From Phycisphaerae bacterium (lineage in GTDB: Bacteria > Planctomycetota > Phycisphaerae > UBA1845 > Fen-1342), in the NCBI GenBank assembly GCA_050115495.1, contig JASFQK010000004.1:64001-128000 (forward strand): a DNA stretch of 64,000 nucleotides. The letters are read 5' to 3'. This document shows, piece by piece, positions 18,510-26,488 of the stretch. The position numbers were made by a program, and so were the translations under genes. The number at the start of each line of letters is the position of its first letter. The first letter of the stretch is position 1. The notes beneath the pieces were generated by a model that was given only the letters and a program-made list of their open reading frames with translations, made no database searches and had not been told where the DNA came from.

Positions 18510-19172
18510 TTACTTGAACGGTGTCCCGCATTCCGGGCAGCGCTGCGCGGCCAGTCCGTGGCGCGGGTACCCGCAGACCACGCACAACGACGCTCGCCGG
18601 CGACGCCAGCGCCGCAGCAAACGCCAGGCGGGGCCGATCAACAGCAGTGCAGCGATGAACCCCAACACGCCCGCCGCGACCCGGGCGGGCACGGCGAATG
18701 CGGACGAGCCCCTTACTGTGATGATGCCGAGGTTGCGCAGACGCGTCCAAGCGCTGGGCGACCGCGCCAGGAGCTTCGTCGCGAGCAGGAAGAGGACTGT
18801 CCTCTCCTCCTCGTCTGCAACGGCACGTTCGGCCTTCAGAACACTACGCTCCGAGAGAAGCAACGCCTGTTTGGCGTCATACGCACCGTCGGCGGTCTCC
18901 TTCGGCTCGGGCAGACGGCGCAGCTCACGTTCGGTCCGCTGTTGAGCCTCCCATGGCCCCGAGCGCGTCGAGACGAACACCAACTCCCGCGCGGCGGTGT
19001 ACACGCGCACCTGCACCAGGGGAATGTCCCCGACCGTACTGAGCCGCATGTCTCGGCCCACCCACAGACACCACCCCGCGCCTGTCAGGCACAGCAACAC
19101 GCAGATAATACGCACTGCCGCCACCGCGGTTCGCAAGGGCCGTCGCCGTCGGTGCTGCATAGCGGTGCTCAA
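18510..19172 (-). CDS. 2-TM protein with C-terminal Zn ribbon
   Basis: RRWRRRRASLCVVCGYPRHGLAAQRCPECG. Confidence 0.75.
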   Translation of the reverse strand: MSTAMQHRRRRPLRTAVAAVRIICVLLCLTGAGWCLWVGRDMRLSTVGDIPLVQVRVYTAARELVFVSTRSGPWEAQQRTERELRRLPEPKETADGAYDAKQALLLSERSVLKAERAVADEEERTVLFLLATKLLARSPSAWTRLRNLGIITVRGSSAFAVPARVAAGVLGFIAALLLIGPAWRLLRRWRRRRASLCVVCGYPRHGLAAQRCPECGTPFK

Positions 19173-19228
19173 CAGATGGGCAAAGGACGTACGCCTGAGT
19201 ATCTGCGACTACTTGTCGGCTCCCCCCT

Positions 19229-19837
19229 TCATTCCAGCCATTCACTGTGCATGGGGAACGGCTTCGCCAGCGTTTCTGCGTCCGCCATCTCCAGGGAGAG
19301 AGCCTGGTCCGTCAGAGCGATGATCGGATGGAGCGGGTTGGCGACGGTTCGCTCCCGCACGTCGCGCGCAACCAGGCGGCCGTTGCCTCGTCGGCACAGA
19401 CACCACCCGCCCGCATCCACCGGGATCGCGTCATTCGCGGGCAGCGACTGAATCGTCTGGTCCACGGCGTTTGTCAGCGTCTGCAGTTGCTCGCTCGACA
19501 GGTGCCCCTTGATGTACGTCTTCCCGATCGCGTCCGGCGCCGTGCACCGCACGAACGTCCCATCCTGCCATACCGCGAAGACCACGCCGCCGACAACCTC
19601 CTCGTTCACGCCGGGGTAGTGCGGGATACGCTGGAGGAACACCATGGGCTTGCCGGCGGCCTGTGTCGCCGGCGGCTGCCGCGACGAAGCGTGCTGCCCC
19701 TCGGCACAGCCCGGCAGGCCGAGCAGGCCCAATCCGACCACAACACATAGGGTCGCGGCTCTGCTGTGCTTCGCTCTCCGCGTCACACAACGCCGCCACA
19801 CGCAGGCAAACCAGCTTCGACCGTGTTTTGTCCCCAT
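19229..19837 (-). CDS. Hypothetical lipoprotein
   Basis: Hydrophobic stretch ending LPGC; start uncertain. Confidence 0.6.
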   Translation of the reverse strand: MGTKHGRSWFACVWRRCVTRRAKHSRAATLCVVVGLGLLGLPGCAEGQHASSRQPPATQAAGKPMVFLQRIPHYPGVNEEVVGGVVFAVWQDGTFVRCTAPDAIGKTYIKGHLSSEQLQTLTNAVDQTIQSLPANDAIPVDAGGWCLCRRGNGRLVARDVRERTVANPLHPIIALTDQALSLEMADAETLAKPFPMHSEWLE

Positions 19838-20058
19838 CTCATACTCCCCGGCGGGCTTGCCCCGCCCCTCGGCCAGTGGTTCGAGGATCTGCGACCCCGC
19901 GTCGGGCCTCTCGCCCGGCAGCCCGCCGGCTGCCCCACCATGCCGTTGCAGCGTGCCGTTAGCGTACGTGGCCTACCCCTCGGATGCAAACGTGCGGGCG
20001 GTGATGCAAAGGCTGTCCCGCCGCCCCGGATTGACGTCGATCAAACGTGATCGCGCCT

Positions 20059-20631
20059 CTACTCACCCGGTGGCTCTTCGCCCGGTTCGTGCGGCGGGGT
20101 GATCGGCGTGCCGCATTCGGGGCAGACGCCGCTGACGTTGCCCGTCAGGTTGTAATCGCACTCCGGGCAGCGTGGCGGGCCCGATCGTCGCTCGCGGGAC
20201 CGGATCGCGATTCGTGCCAGACCGTGTGCAGCGCCCGCCAGCATGAGCGAGAAGCACAGAACCGGCAGCATCAGGTGCCAATCCCGCACAAGGCGAAATG
20301 TCCCCTGAGAGATCATCTCGCAGATCATGCCCACCGCCGCCGGCGTCACCCACATCGTGACCGCGCCGGCGATCGTGACCCACCACTTCCGCTGCCAGGC
20401 GCCCACGACGCCGACCGCCACGTTCAGGCCCAGGACCATGCCGGCCGCCACGGAGACCACATAACCGCGCGTCACGGTCGGGGCGAGACGCACCAGCAGA
20501 CCGATGTGCATCAGCAGCAAACTCGCCCCGCACACGCACAGCAGCCACCCGACGCTGTGCGTCCGCAACCACGCCGCGAGTCGGCGGACGAACGGCTCAT
20601 CGGCGGATCGATCTGGCTTGTCCCCAGCCAC
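20059..20631 (-). CDS. 4-TM protein with C-terminal Zn ribbon
   Basis: CPECDYNLTGNVSGVCPECG. Confidence 0.8.
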   Translation of the reverse strand: MAGDKPDRSADEPFVRRLAAWLRTHSVGWLLCVCGASLLLMHIGLLVRLAPTVTRGYVVSVAAGMVLGLNVAVGVVGAWQRKWWVTIAGAVTMWVTPAAVGMICEMISQGTFRLVRDWHLMLPVLCFSLMLAGAAHGLARIAIRSRERRSGPPRCPECDYNLTGNVSGVCPECGTPITPPHEPGEEPPGE

Positions 20632-20670
20632 GATGGCCTCGCTACGTGTGGGCGCGCTGCCTTCCCCGCC

Positions 20671-22374
20671 CTAGGGCTCGTACGTGAAATTCACGTGATT
20701 CACGCCGTGGCAGTTCAGCGTGCACGAGCCGCGGCGCTGGCCGGTGTCCACGTACCCGCGCCGGCCGCCGACGATGGAGAGGTCGAAGTTGATCAGGTGC
20801 CCGTGGTTGCCCGTGCTGCCGCTGACGCCGTGGGCCGTGTGGCACGCGCTGCACGGCGTTCGCCCGCGGACGACGTGCTCGCGGTGCAGTGGGAAGCTCT
20901 CGTCGCCGAGAATCGACGCCCGATCGTGACAGCCATAGCACAGCGCATACGCCTGCGGCGATTCGACGGTGTAGTCGCTCGTCTCGTACCGGTCGGCGAG
21001 CAGATACGCGTAGCGCGACCCGTGCGGTCCGTTCACGAGCGTCCCGCCGGCACTGCGGGCGTCCGGGTTGTTGTGGCAATCCTGGCAGCTCACGAACCGC
21101 CGGGCCTGCACTTCCGGCGTGAGGCTCGGCACATCGGCCCCGAGTCGGCGAGGAAACGCGACCGGGTGCGCCGAAGCGGTCGTTGGCAGGAACTGGCGGC
21201 GTACGTTGCCGTCGGTGTCCCGCTGGCGGACGATGCGCTCCGGCACGTACACCGGCCGATCCGCGTGACAGCGGAAACACACTTCGTAGTAGAACCGCGC
21301 CGCCGACAACGGCGCTCCCGTCAGCGACACGCCCGGAACATCCTTCATCGCCGGCGGCACGAGCGGCCCGACCACGCCGACGCGCGTCGCCGTGTCGCCC
21401 AGCGTCGCGTTTACCGCGTGCGGGTTGTGGCAATCGGCGCACGTGACCATCACCGACGGCCGCAGCCCCCGCGCCGGCGACCGCTCCGGATTCAGCACGT
21501 GGCTGAGCCGATGCCCGCTGCGCAGATTCAGCACGGGCATGATGTCGGTAGCGCTCAGCCCGTCGTGGCAATTGAGACAGAGCCGATCCGGCCGATCGCG
21601 CAGCAGCCGCGGCCGCCACGGCGCGCTATGCGACACGTGACACGCCGCACACGCATTATCCGCCAGCGAGCGGTAGGGGAGCGCTTCGCCATTCGTCGCA
21701 CTCGGCGGCACCGAGCGCACGCTGCGGGCGTGAGCGCTGGCTGACCAGCCGTCCATATCGTGGCACGTGTTGCACAGTGCCCCCTCACGCGACGTGACCC
21801 GCAGGAAATCGCCGAGCTCATTGTTATGTGGATCGTGGCACGCCGTGCATTCCAACTCGCCCCAGCGCCCCAGCTTCAACCGATGATCGACCAACTCCGG
21901 CGAGCGGAGCTGCCGATCGCGATTGCACAACGCTCGGTCGTACCGCAGCCCGACCGGATGATCGTCCGACAGATCGTTCGTCAGATCGCTCGGCCCCGAC
22001 GGCATGTACGGATGCGTCAGCGGAATCGGTTCTGTCGCCGCCCGATCGAGCGTCAGCCCGAGGGCGATGCTGCCGTCGTGACAGCTCAGGCAAAGCCGAC
22101 TGGCCGGCCCCGGCTGCCCGATGCGGGCGTCGGTCGTATCGCTGCGGTAAATGCGATAGTACGTCGTCGGCTGATGGCGGTTCCACAACGGAGCCGCCGG
22201 GTCGGCGTTGTGCGGCGTGTGGCAGAAGATGCACACCTGCGTCTCTTCGAGCGCCCGCACCGGCCCCGGCCCCCAGATCGACAGGTCATGTTTCGAGCGC
22301 ACGACCGAATCGTCCGCCCCCGCCACCCCCAGCAGCATCAGGCTCAGCATGGTGGCGACTACGACCCGCATCAT
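20671..22374 (-). CDS. Exported multiheme cytochrome c (11 CXXCH + 1 CX3CH) with N-terminal OmcE-like tetraheme domain
   Basis: Signal peptide; SKHDLS...CIFCHTPHNA...PLWNR...CLSCHDG...DLSDDHPVG...CTACHDPHNN..FLR...LCNTCH, then 7 more CXXCH and a terminal CTLNCH. Confidence 0.9.
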   Translation of the reverse strand: MMRVVVATMLSLMLLGVAGADDSVVRSKHDLSIWGPGPVRALEETQVCIFCHTPHNADPAAPLWNRHQPTTYYRIYRSDTTDARIGQPGPASRLCLSCHDGSIALGLTLDRAATEPIPLTHPYMPSGPSDLTNDLSDDHPVGLRYDRALCNRDRQLRSPELVDHRLKLGRWGELECTACHDPHNNELGDFLRVTSREGALCNTCHDMDGWSASAHARSVRSVPPSATNGEALPYRSLADNACAACHVSHSAPWRPRLLRDRPDRLCLNCHDGLSATDIMPVLNLRSGHRLSHVLNPERSPARGLRPSVMVTCADCHNPHAVNATLGDTATRVGVVGPLVPPAMKDVPGVSLTGAPLSAARFYYEVCFRCHADRPVYVPERIVRQRDTDGNVRRQFLPTTASAHPVAFPRRLGADVPSLTPEVQARRFVSCQDCHNNPDARSAGGTLVNGPHGSRYAYLLADRYETSDYTVESPQAYALCYGCHDRASILGDESFPLHREHVVRGRTPCSACHTAHGVSGSTGNHGHLINFDLSIVGGRRGYVDTGQRRGSCTLNCHGVNHVNFTYEP

Positions 22375-23402
22375 GCACCCTCCGCCAGATACTGGAACAC
22401 CTGCACCCGGCGATTGTAACTGTCTGCGATCCAGATGCGATCCTGCCCGTCGATTGTGATGCCCGACGGCACCGAGAACTCGCCCGGCCCCGTCCCGCCC
22501 TGACCGAACGCCAGCAGCAACTGCCCCTCCGGCGTGAAGATCTGCACGTTTTCGAACTGGTTATCGAGCACGTAGACGTGTCCCGCCGAATCCACCGCCA
22601 CGCCGCGCGGCCGCGAGAAATCGCCCGCGGCGTCGCCTTTGCGGCCGAAGACGGCGAGCGGCCTGCCTGTCATGCTCAGCACCTGCACGCGGAAGTTCAT
22701 GGCGTCGACGACGACCAGCCCTTGCTCCGGGCAGATCGCGACGTCGCTGGGGTAGTTGAGCGCGCCCGGCACGCCGCCGCGCCGGCCGAAGCGCTCGCCA
22801 ATATCCGTCAATCCGCGACAGGCGACGCAGGCGTGCGCGGTAACGTCCGCCAGCCACAGCGTCTGCTGCGTCTCATCCCACGCCGCCGCCGCCGGCGCGG
22901 CGATCTCCGGCCACCGTCGGGTGCAACGCCACGTTCCATCCGGCTCGAACAGATCGACCGCGGCGCGGGCCCGATCGACAACGACCAGCGTCCGCCCACC
23001 CTCCGCCAACTCGACGTCGATCGGCACTTGCAGCGGATCCGCCGGCGAGCCCGTCGTCACCGCGTACGTCCGCGCTTCGAGATCCAGCACATGGACGGCG
23101 GCGAGGCCGGTGTCGGCGACGAAAACACGCGAGCCGGCGACAGCCACCGCCGACGGACGCGAAAACGCGCCTTTCGGCGCCGGTCCAGTCAGCGCCGCCC
23201 GCATCGCCTCCCACCCGCCGACGCGCCGATGCAGATCCGCCTCGCCGCGCAGCTCCCCCACGTACCGAATCCGGGCCTGGTCCGGCGGCTTCGGCCACAC
23301 GATCGCCGGCGAGACCTCGGGAAACACCGGTTGCAGCGGCCCCTGGCAGCCCATCGCCGCCAGCAACACCACCAGCATGACCGGCCCGGCGACGCGCCTC
23401 AT
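22371..23402 (-). CDS. NHL-repeat beta-propeller lipoprotein
   Basis: LAAMGC lipobox; repeats FSRPSAVAV, LNYPSDVAI, FSRPRGVAVD, FSVPSGITID...IADSYNRRVQVF; translationally coupled to both neighbours. Confidence 0.9.
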   Translation of the reverse strand: MRRVAGPVMLVVLLAAMGCQGPLQPVFPEVSPAIVWPKPPDQARIRYVGELRGEADLHRRVGGWEAMRAALTGPAPKGAFSRPSAVAVAGSRVFVADTGLAAVHVLDLEARTYAVTTGSPADPLQVPIDVELAEGGRTLVVVDRARAAVDLFEPDGTWRCTRRWPEIAAPAAAAWDETQQTLWLADVTAHACVACRGLTDIGERFGRRGGVPGALNYPSDVAICPEQGLVVVDAMNFRVQVLSMTGRPLAVFGRKGDAAGDFSRPRGVAVDSAGHVYVLDNQFENVQIFTPEGQLLLAFGQGGTGPGEFSVPSGITIDGQDRIWIADSYNRRVQVFQYLAEGA

Positions 23403-25516
23403 CGTTCCTTCCTCGCCAGAACCGGGATGTCCCGCTTCAGCTTCAGCCAGAACGCCGCCGAGTTGTCCCGTGAGCCCGGTAGATCGAGCAGGTCGTACTC
23501 CGCCTCGAACCGCAGCGAGAAGTAGCCGATGTGCCACTCCACCGCCGCGTTGAAGTCCACGCCGTGCGTACGCCCGTACAGCGTGTCGTCCTCAAACCGG
23601 TACATGCCGCTCGCCGTCAGTTCGAGCTGCCGGCTCAGCAGTTGGCGATACGACAGGCCGCAATCGAGCAGCGTCGTGTTGCGGGCTTCGAGCCCTTCCG
23701 ACCCGTCGAACCAGAAGCGCGACAGCGTGCTGCGCCCGTCGAGCTGCCTATCCGCCGCCTGCCAGATGACGACGTCGCCGTTGGCGTGCACCGCCTGGAA
23801 CGGATCGATGGCGTCGTCGTTGTATTCGTATTCGAGGCCGGCGGACCACCGCGGCTGTCGGAACGTCGCCCCCAGCCGGTGCCGGTTGACGTTGCGGGCG
23901 CGGAAGCCCAGGTGCTCGCCGCGGTCCAGGTCCTCGTTCTGCACCGACGCCGCGTAGTAGGGCGTCAGGCCGCAGTCGAACGCCTGCTGCATGCGGAAAT
24001 CGATGCGATCGCGGGCCACGTCGTAGTTGTTCTGGACGCGGTACGTGTAGCTGACCAGAACGCCTTGCCGGTCGGCGATCTGCCCGGTCGGCATGCGTCG
24101 CAGAGCCGTATACCGGCCGAGCGGAACGACCAGGTAGTCGCGGCCGGCCAGGTACGTCCGCGTGCGGTTGGCGTCGGTAACGACCAGGCTGCCCAGGTTC
24201 ACGTCGGTGTGCGCCAGGTAGACCGGCAGCGGGTCGCGGAACGTCACCGACTCACCGATGACCACGCCGCTGCGCCGCCCGTTGCGCGTCTCGGTCGAGG
24301 CGTGGTTGTACGACAGGTTCGCGCTGAACCGGCCGAGATCGTTGTCCCGCGTCAACGCCGTGCCGAGCATGCCGCCCCACTCGTCCCAGTCGGCGTTCTC
24401 GTCGGCGCTGGTTTGCAGGGCGTAGAGCTGGGCCGACGTGGTCAGCCAGTTGTCGAACTGGTGCGTGAGGCCGGCCTCGCCGCGCCAGGTGCTCGTTTCG
24501 AGATCCTGGAACGTCTCGCGCAGATACTGCGCGGCGAAGTTCGTCGCCAAGGCGTCGGTGCACTGGAGGCGCAGGCGCGAGGAGAACTCGGCCAGATCGC
24601 GGGCCAGATCGCCGGACTCGTCCTGGAACCGGGCCAGTGTTTCGACGGAGCTGCGGCCCTCGGGCCCGAAGCGCAGCACGTGACGGAGCAGGACGTCGTC
24701 GCGCGTCGTGTCGAAGCGCGTGTCGGTGCCGGAGTACCGCTCGCGGCGGTCCTCGTGCTCATATTCGAGCGTGAGGGCGTGCAGTTCGCTGATCTGCCAC
24801 GTGCCCTCGTAGCGCACGGCGTGGCGGCCGCGCTGCTCGTCGTCGCTCAGATCGTGCGTGCGGCTGGTGAGCTCGTCCCATTCGTGCTCGAACGTCAGCC
24901 GCATGGGCAGCTTCTCATCGTTATAGAACAGGCCGGCGGTGTATCGCTCGCGGGTACGGTCCAGGCTGGGCAGAAACGCCCGCGGCAGCCGGCTGCTCTC
25001 GCGGGAGGCCTGTGCCGTGGCGGAGAGCTTGCCACGCGGCAGGAACGTCAGATTCACGTCGTATTCGAACAGATCGCCGTGGGCCCGGCTGTCCCGGTCG
25101 CGGCCGGTCCAGGTCTCGTGGAAGTGCTCCTGCGACAACCCCCAGCGCAGATCCCAGTCGAATTGCAGCACGCGGTCGTCGATGACCGACCCGGCCCCGC
25201 GTGCGCCGAACGTCTCTTCGAGCCGCCAGGCCCGGTCCGTCTGTTTCGCGTAGCCCCCGCGTGCCCCGGCCACCCGCGAGCGGTTCTCACGTCGATCGGC
25301 CTGCGCCTCGAAGCCGAGCTCGAAGGTCAGCTCGTCGAAGGCGAACAGACCGCGTTCGTTGCCGGCGGGCGCCGTAGCCGGCGCCGGTGCCGATGTGGGC
25401 GCGGAAGTTACGGGTTGAGTAGTGGGGGGCGAAGCGGGCGGTTCGGCGAGCGCGGCTGCGCCCGGCAGAAGCGCCGCCCCGAAGGCAACACCGACGAAGC
25501 GGAGAGGCCGTCGCAT
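23399..25516 (-). CDS. Putative large outer-membrane beta-barrel protein (porin-cytochrome conduit or secretion channel)
   Basis: Signal peptide, Pro/Ala-rich linker, ~650 aa of alternating aromatic/polar beta-strand pattern, no hemes; co-transcribed with NHL and multiheme genes. Confidence 0.7.
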   Translation of the reverse strand: MRRPLRFVGVAFGAALLPGAAALAEPPASPPTTQPVTSAPTSAPAPATAPAGNERGLFAFDELTFELGFEAQADRRENRSRVAGARGGYAKQTDRAWRLEETFGARGAGSVIDDRVLQFDWDLRWGLSQEHFHETWTGRDRDSRAHGDLFEYDVNLTFLPRGKLSATAQASRESSRLPRAFLPSLDRTRERYTAGLFYNDEKLPMRLTFEHEWDELTSRTHDLSDDEQRGRHAVRYEGTWQISELHALTLEYEHEDRRERYSGTDTRFDTTRDDVLLRHVLRFGPEGRSSVETLARFQDESGDLARDLAEFSSRLRLQCTDALATNFAAQYLRETFQDLETSTWRGEAGLTHQFDNWLTTSAQLYALQTSADENADWDEWGGMLGTALTRDNDLGRFSANLSYNHASTETRNGRRSGVVIGESVTFRDPLPVYLAHTDVNLGSLVVTDANRTRTYLAGRDYLVVPLGRYTALRRMPTGQIADRQGVLVSYTYRVQNNYDVARDRIDFRMQQAFDCGLTPYYAASVQNEDLDRGEHLGFRARNVNRHRLGATFRQPRWSAGLEYEYNDDAIDPFQAVHANGDVVIWQAADRQLDGRSTLSRFWFDGSEGLEARNTTLLDCGLSYRQLLSRQLELTASGMYRFEDDTLYGRTHGVDFNAAVEWHIGYFSLRFEAEYDLLDLPGSRDNSAAFWLKLKRDIPVLARKER

Positions 25517-25627
25517 GGCACCGTTCGTTTCGTCACCATAGACCGCGACCGGAAGCGCTGATACGCGGAAGCTAGCGGTCAGCGTGCGTACTGTCCAGCG
25601 CAACCGCGGCTTTTCAGTCACAGAATG

Positions 25628-25656
25628 TTGTATCGCGCCGGCCGGTTCGCTATAGT
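25628..25656 (+). promoter_or_regulatory. Putative sigma70 promoter for the OmcE-like operon
   Basis: TTGTAT-17 nt-TATAGT in the divergent intergenic region. Confidence 0.45.
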
Positions 25657-25804
25657 TCTTCTGCGCGGGCAGTCTGTTGGAAGAAGAGGGGACCGGCTCT
25701 GAGCCGAGATGTTCGGGCCGATCCGGGAACCACACGATGCGTGCCTGTCCCCGTTCGTTTCAACCGATTGCCGAGCGCCGGTGCATTTCCCTAGGAGCTC
25801 GCCC

Positions 25805-26488
25805 ATGATGCACGGACGGCCTAGCCGTATCGCGGTCCTGGCCGGCTTGGCCGTTGCGGCCGGTAGCCTCCTCTTCGCCCAGGTTGCCGACCAGGGACCA
25901 CCGGGCGATACCGACGCGCCTCCGCCTGCGTCCCAGCCCACGTCGCAGCCGGCGGAAATGGGCGCTGCCCGCGCCCATCTCGTCAGCGGCCTGATCGGCA
26001 GCAAGCACGATTTCACTCAAAACGGTCGCCTCGGACGTGATTTGTGCCTGCCCTGTCACACGCCGCACCTGGCGTCGGCGCCGACACCGCGGTTCGATCG
26101 CCGGCCGGAGACGACGCTGCCGCTCCGGCCGTACGATGCTCCCGGCATTGAGCTGACGGGCTGGTCGCTGCTCTGCCTGGGTTGTCATGACGGCGTGACC
26201 GCACCGGACGTCTACTCCTCGGCCCATGCCCTGATCGCCGACGACGCCCTCGGAAACTCGCGGCTGGGCACCACGGGCCTGCGCAGCCACCCGGTGGGCA
26301 TCGTCTACCCGGCCAATGGCGAGGGCTATCACCCGCGGGCGGCGGTCGAGGCCGCCGGTCTGCTGCTGCCCGACGGCCGTATCCAGTGCACAACCTGTCA
26401 CGATGCCCACAACACGCATCGTCACAGCGGCATGTTGAAGATTTCCAACCAACAGAGTCGGCTTTGTCTGACATGTCACGATCTCTAG
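25805..26488 (+). CDS. OmcE-like tetraheme cytochrome c
   Basis: AGGAG RBS, signal peptide; GSKHDF...CLPCHTPH...CLGCHDG...SHPVG...CTTCHDAHN...LCLTCH near the C-terminus. Confidence 0.85.
   Translation: MMHGRPSRIAVLAGLAVAAGSLLFAQVADQGPPGDTDAPPPASQPTSQPAEMGAARAHLVSGLIGSKHDFTQNGRLGRDLCLPCHTPHLASAPTPRFDRRPETTLPLRPYDAPGIELTGWSLLCLGCHDGVTAPDVYSSAHALIADDALGNSRLGTTGLRSHPVGIVYPANGEGYHPRAAVEAAGLLLPDGRIQCTTCHDAHNTHRHSGMLKISNQQSRLCLTCHDL

Noticed and set aside
13434..20631. Integron cassette array or diversity-generating retroelement as an explanation of the variable gene array
   Set aside because: No attC-like repeats, integrase, reverse transcriptase or template/variable repeat pair was seen; many genes overlap directly.
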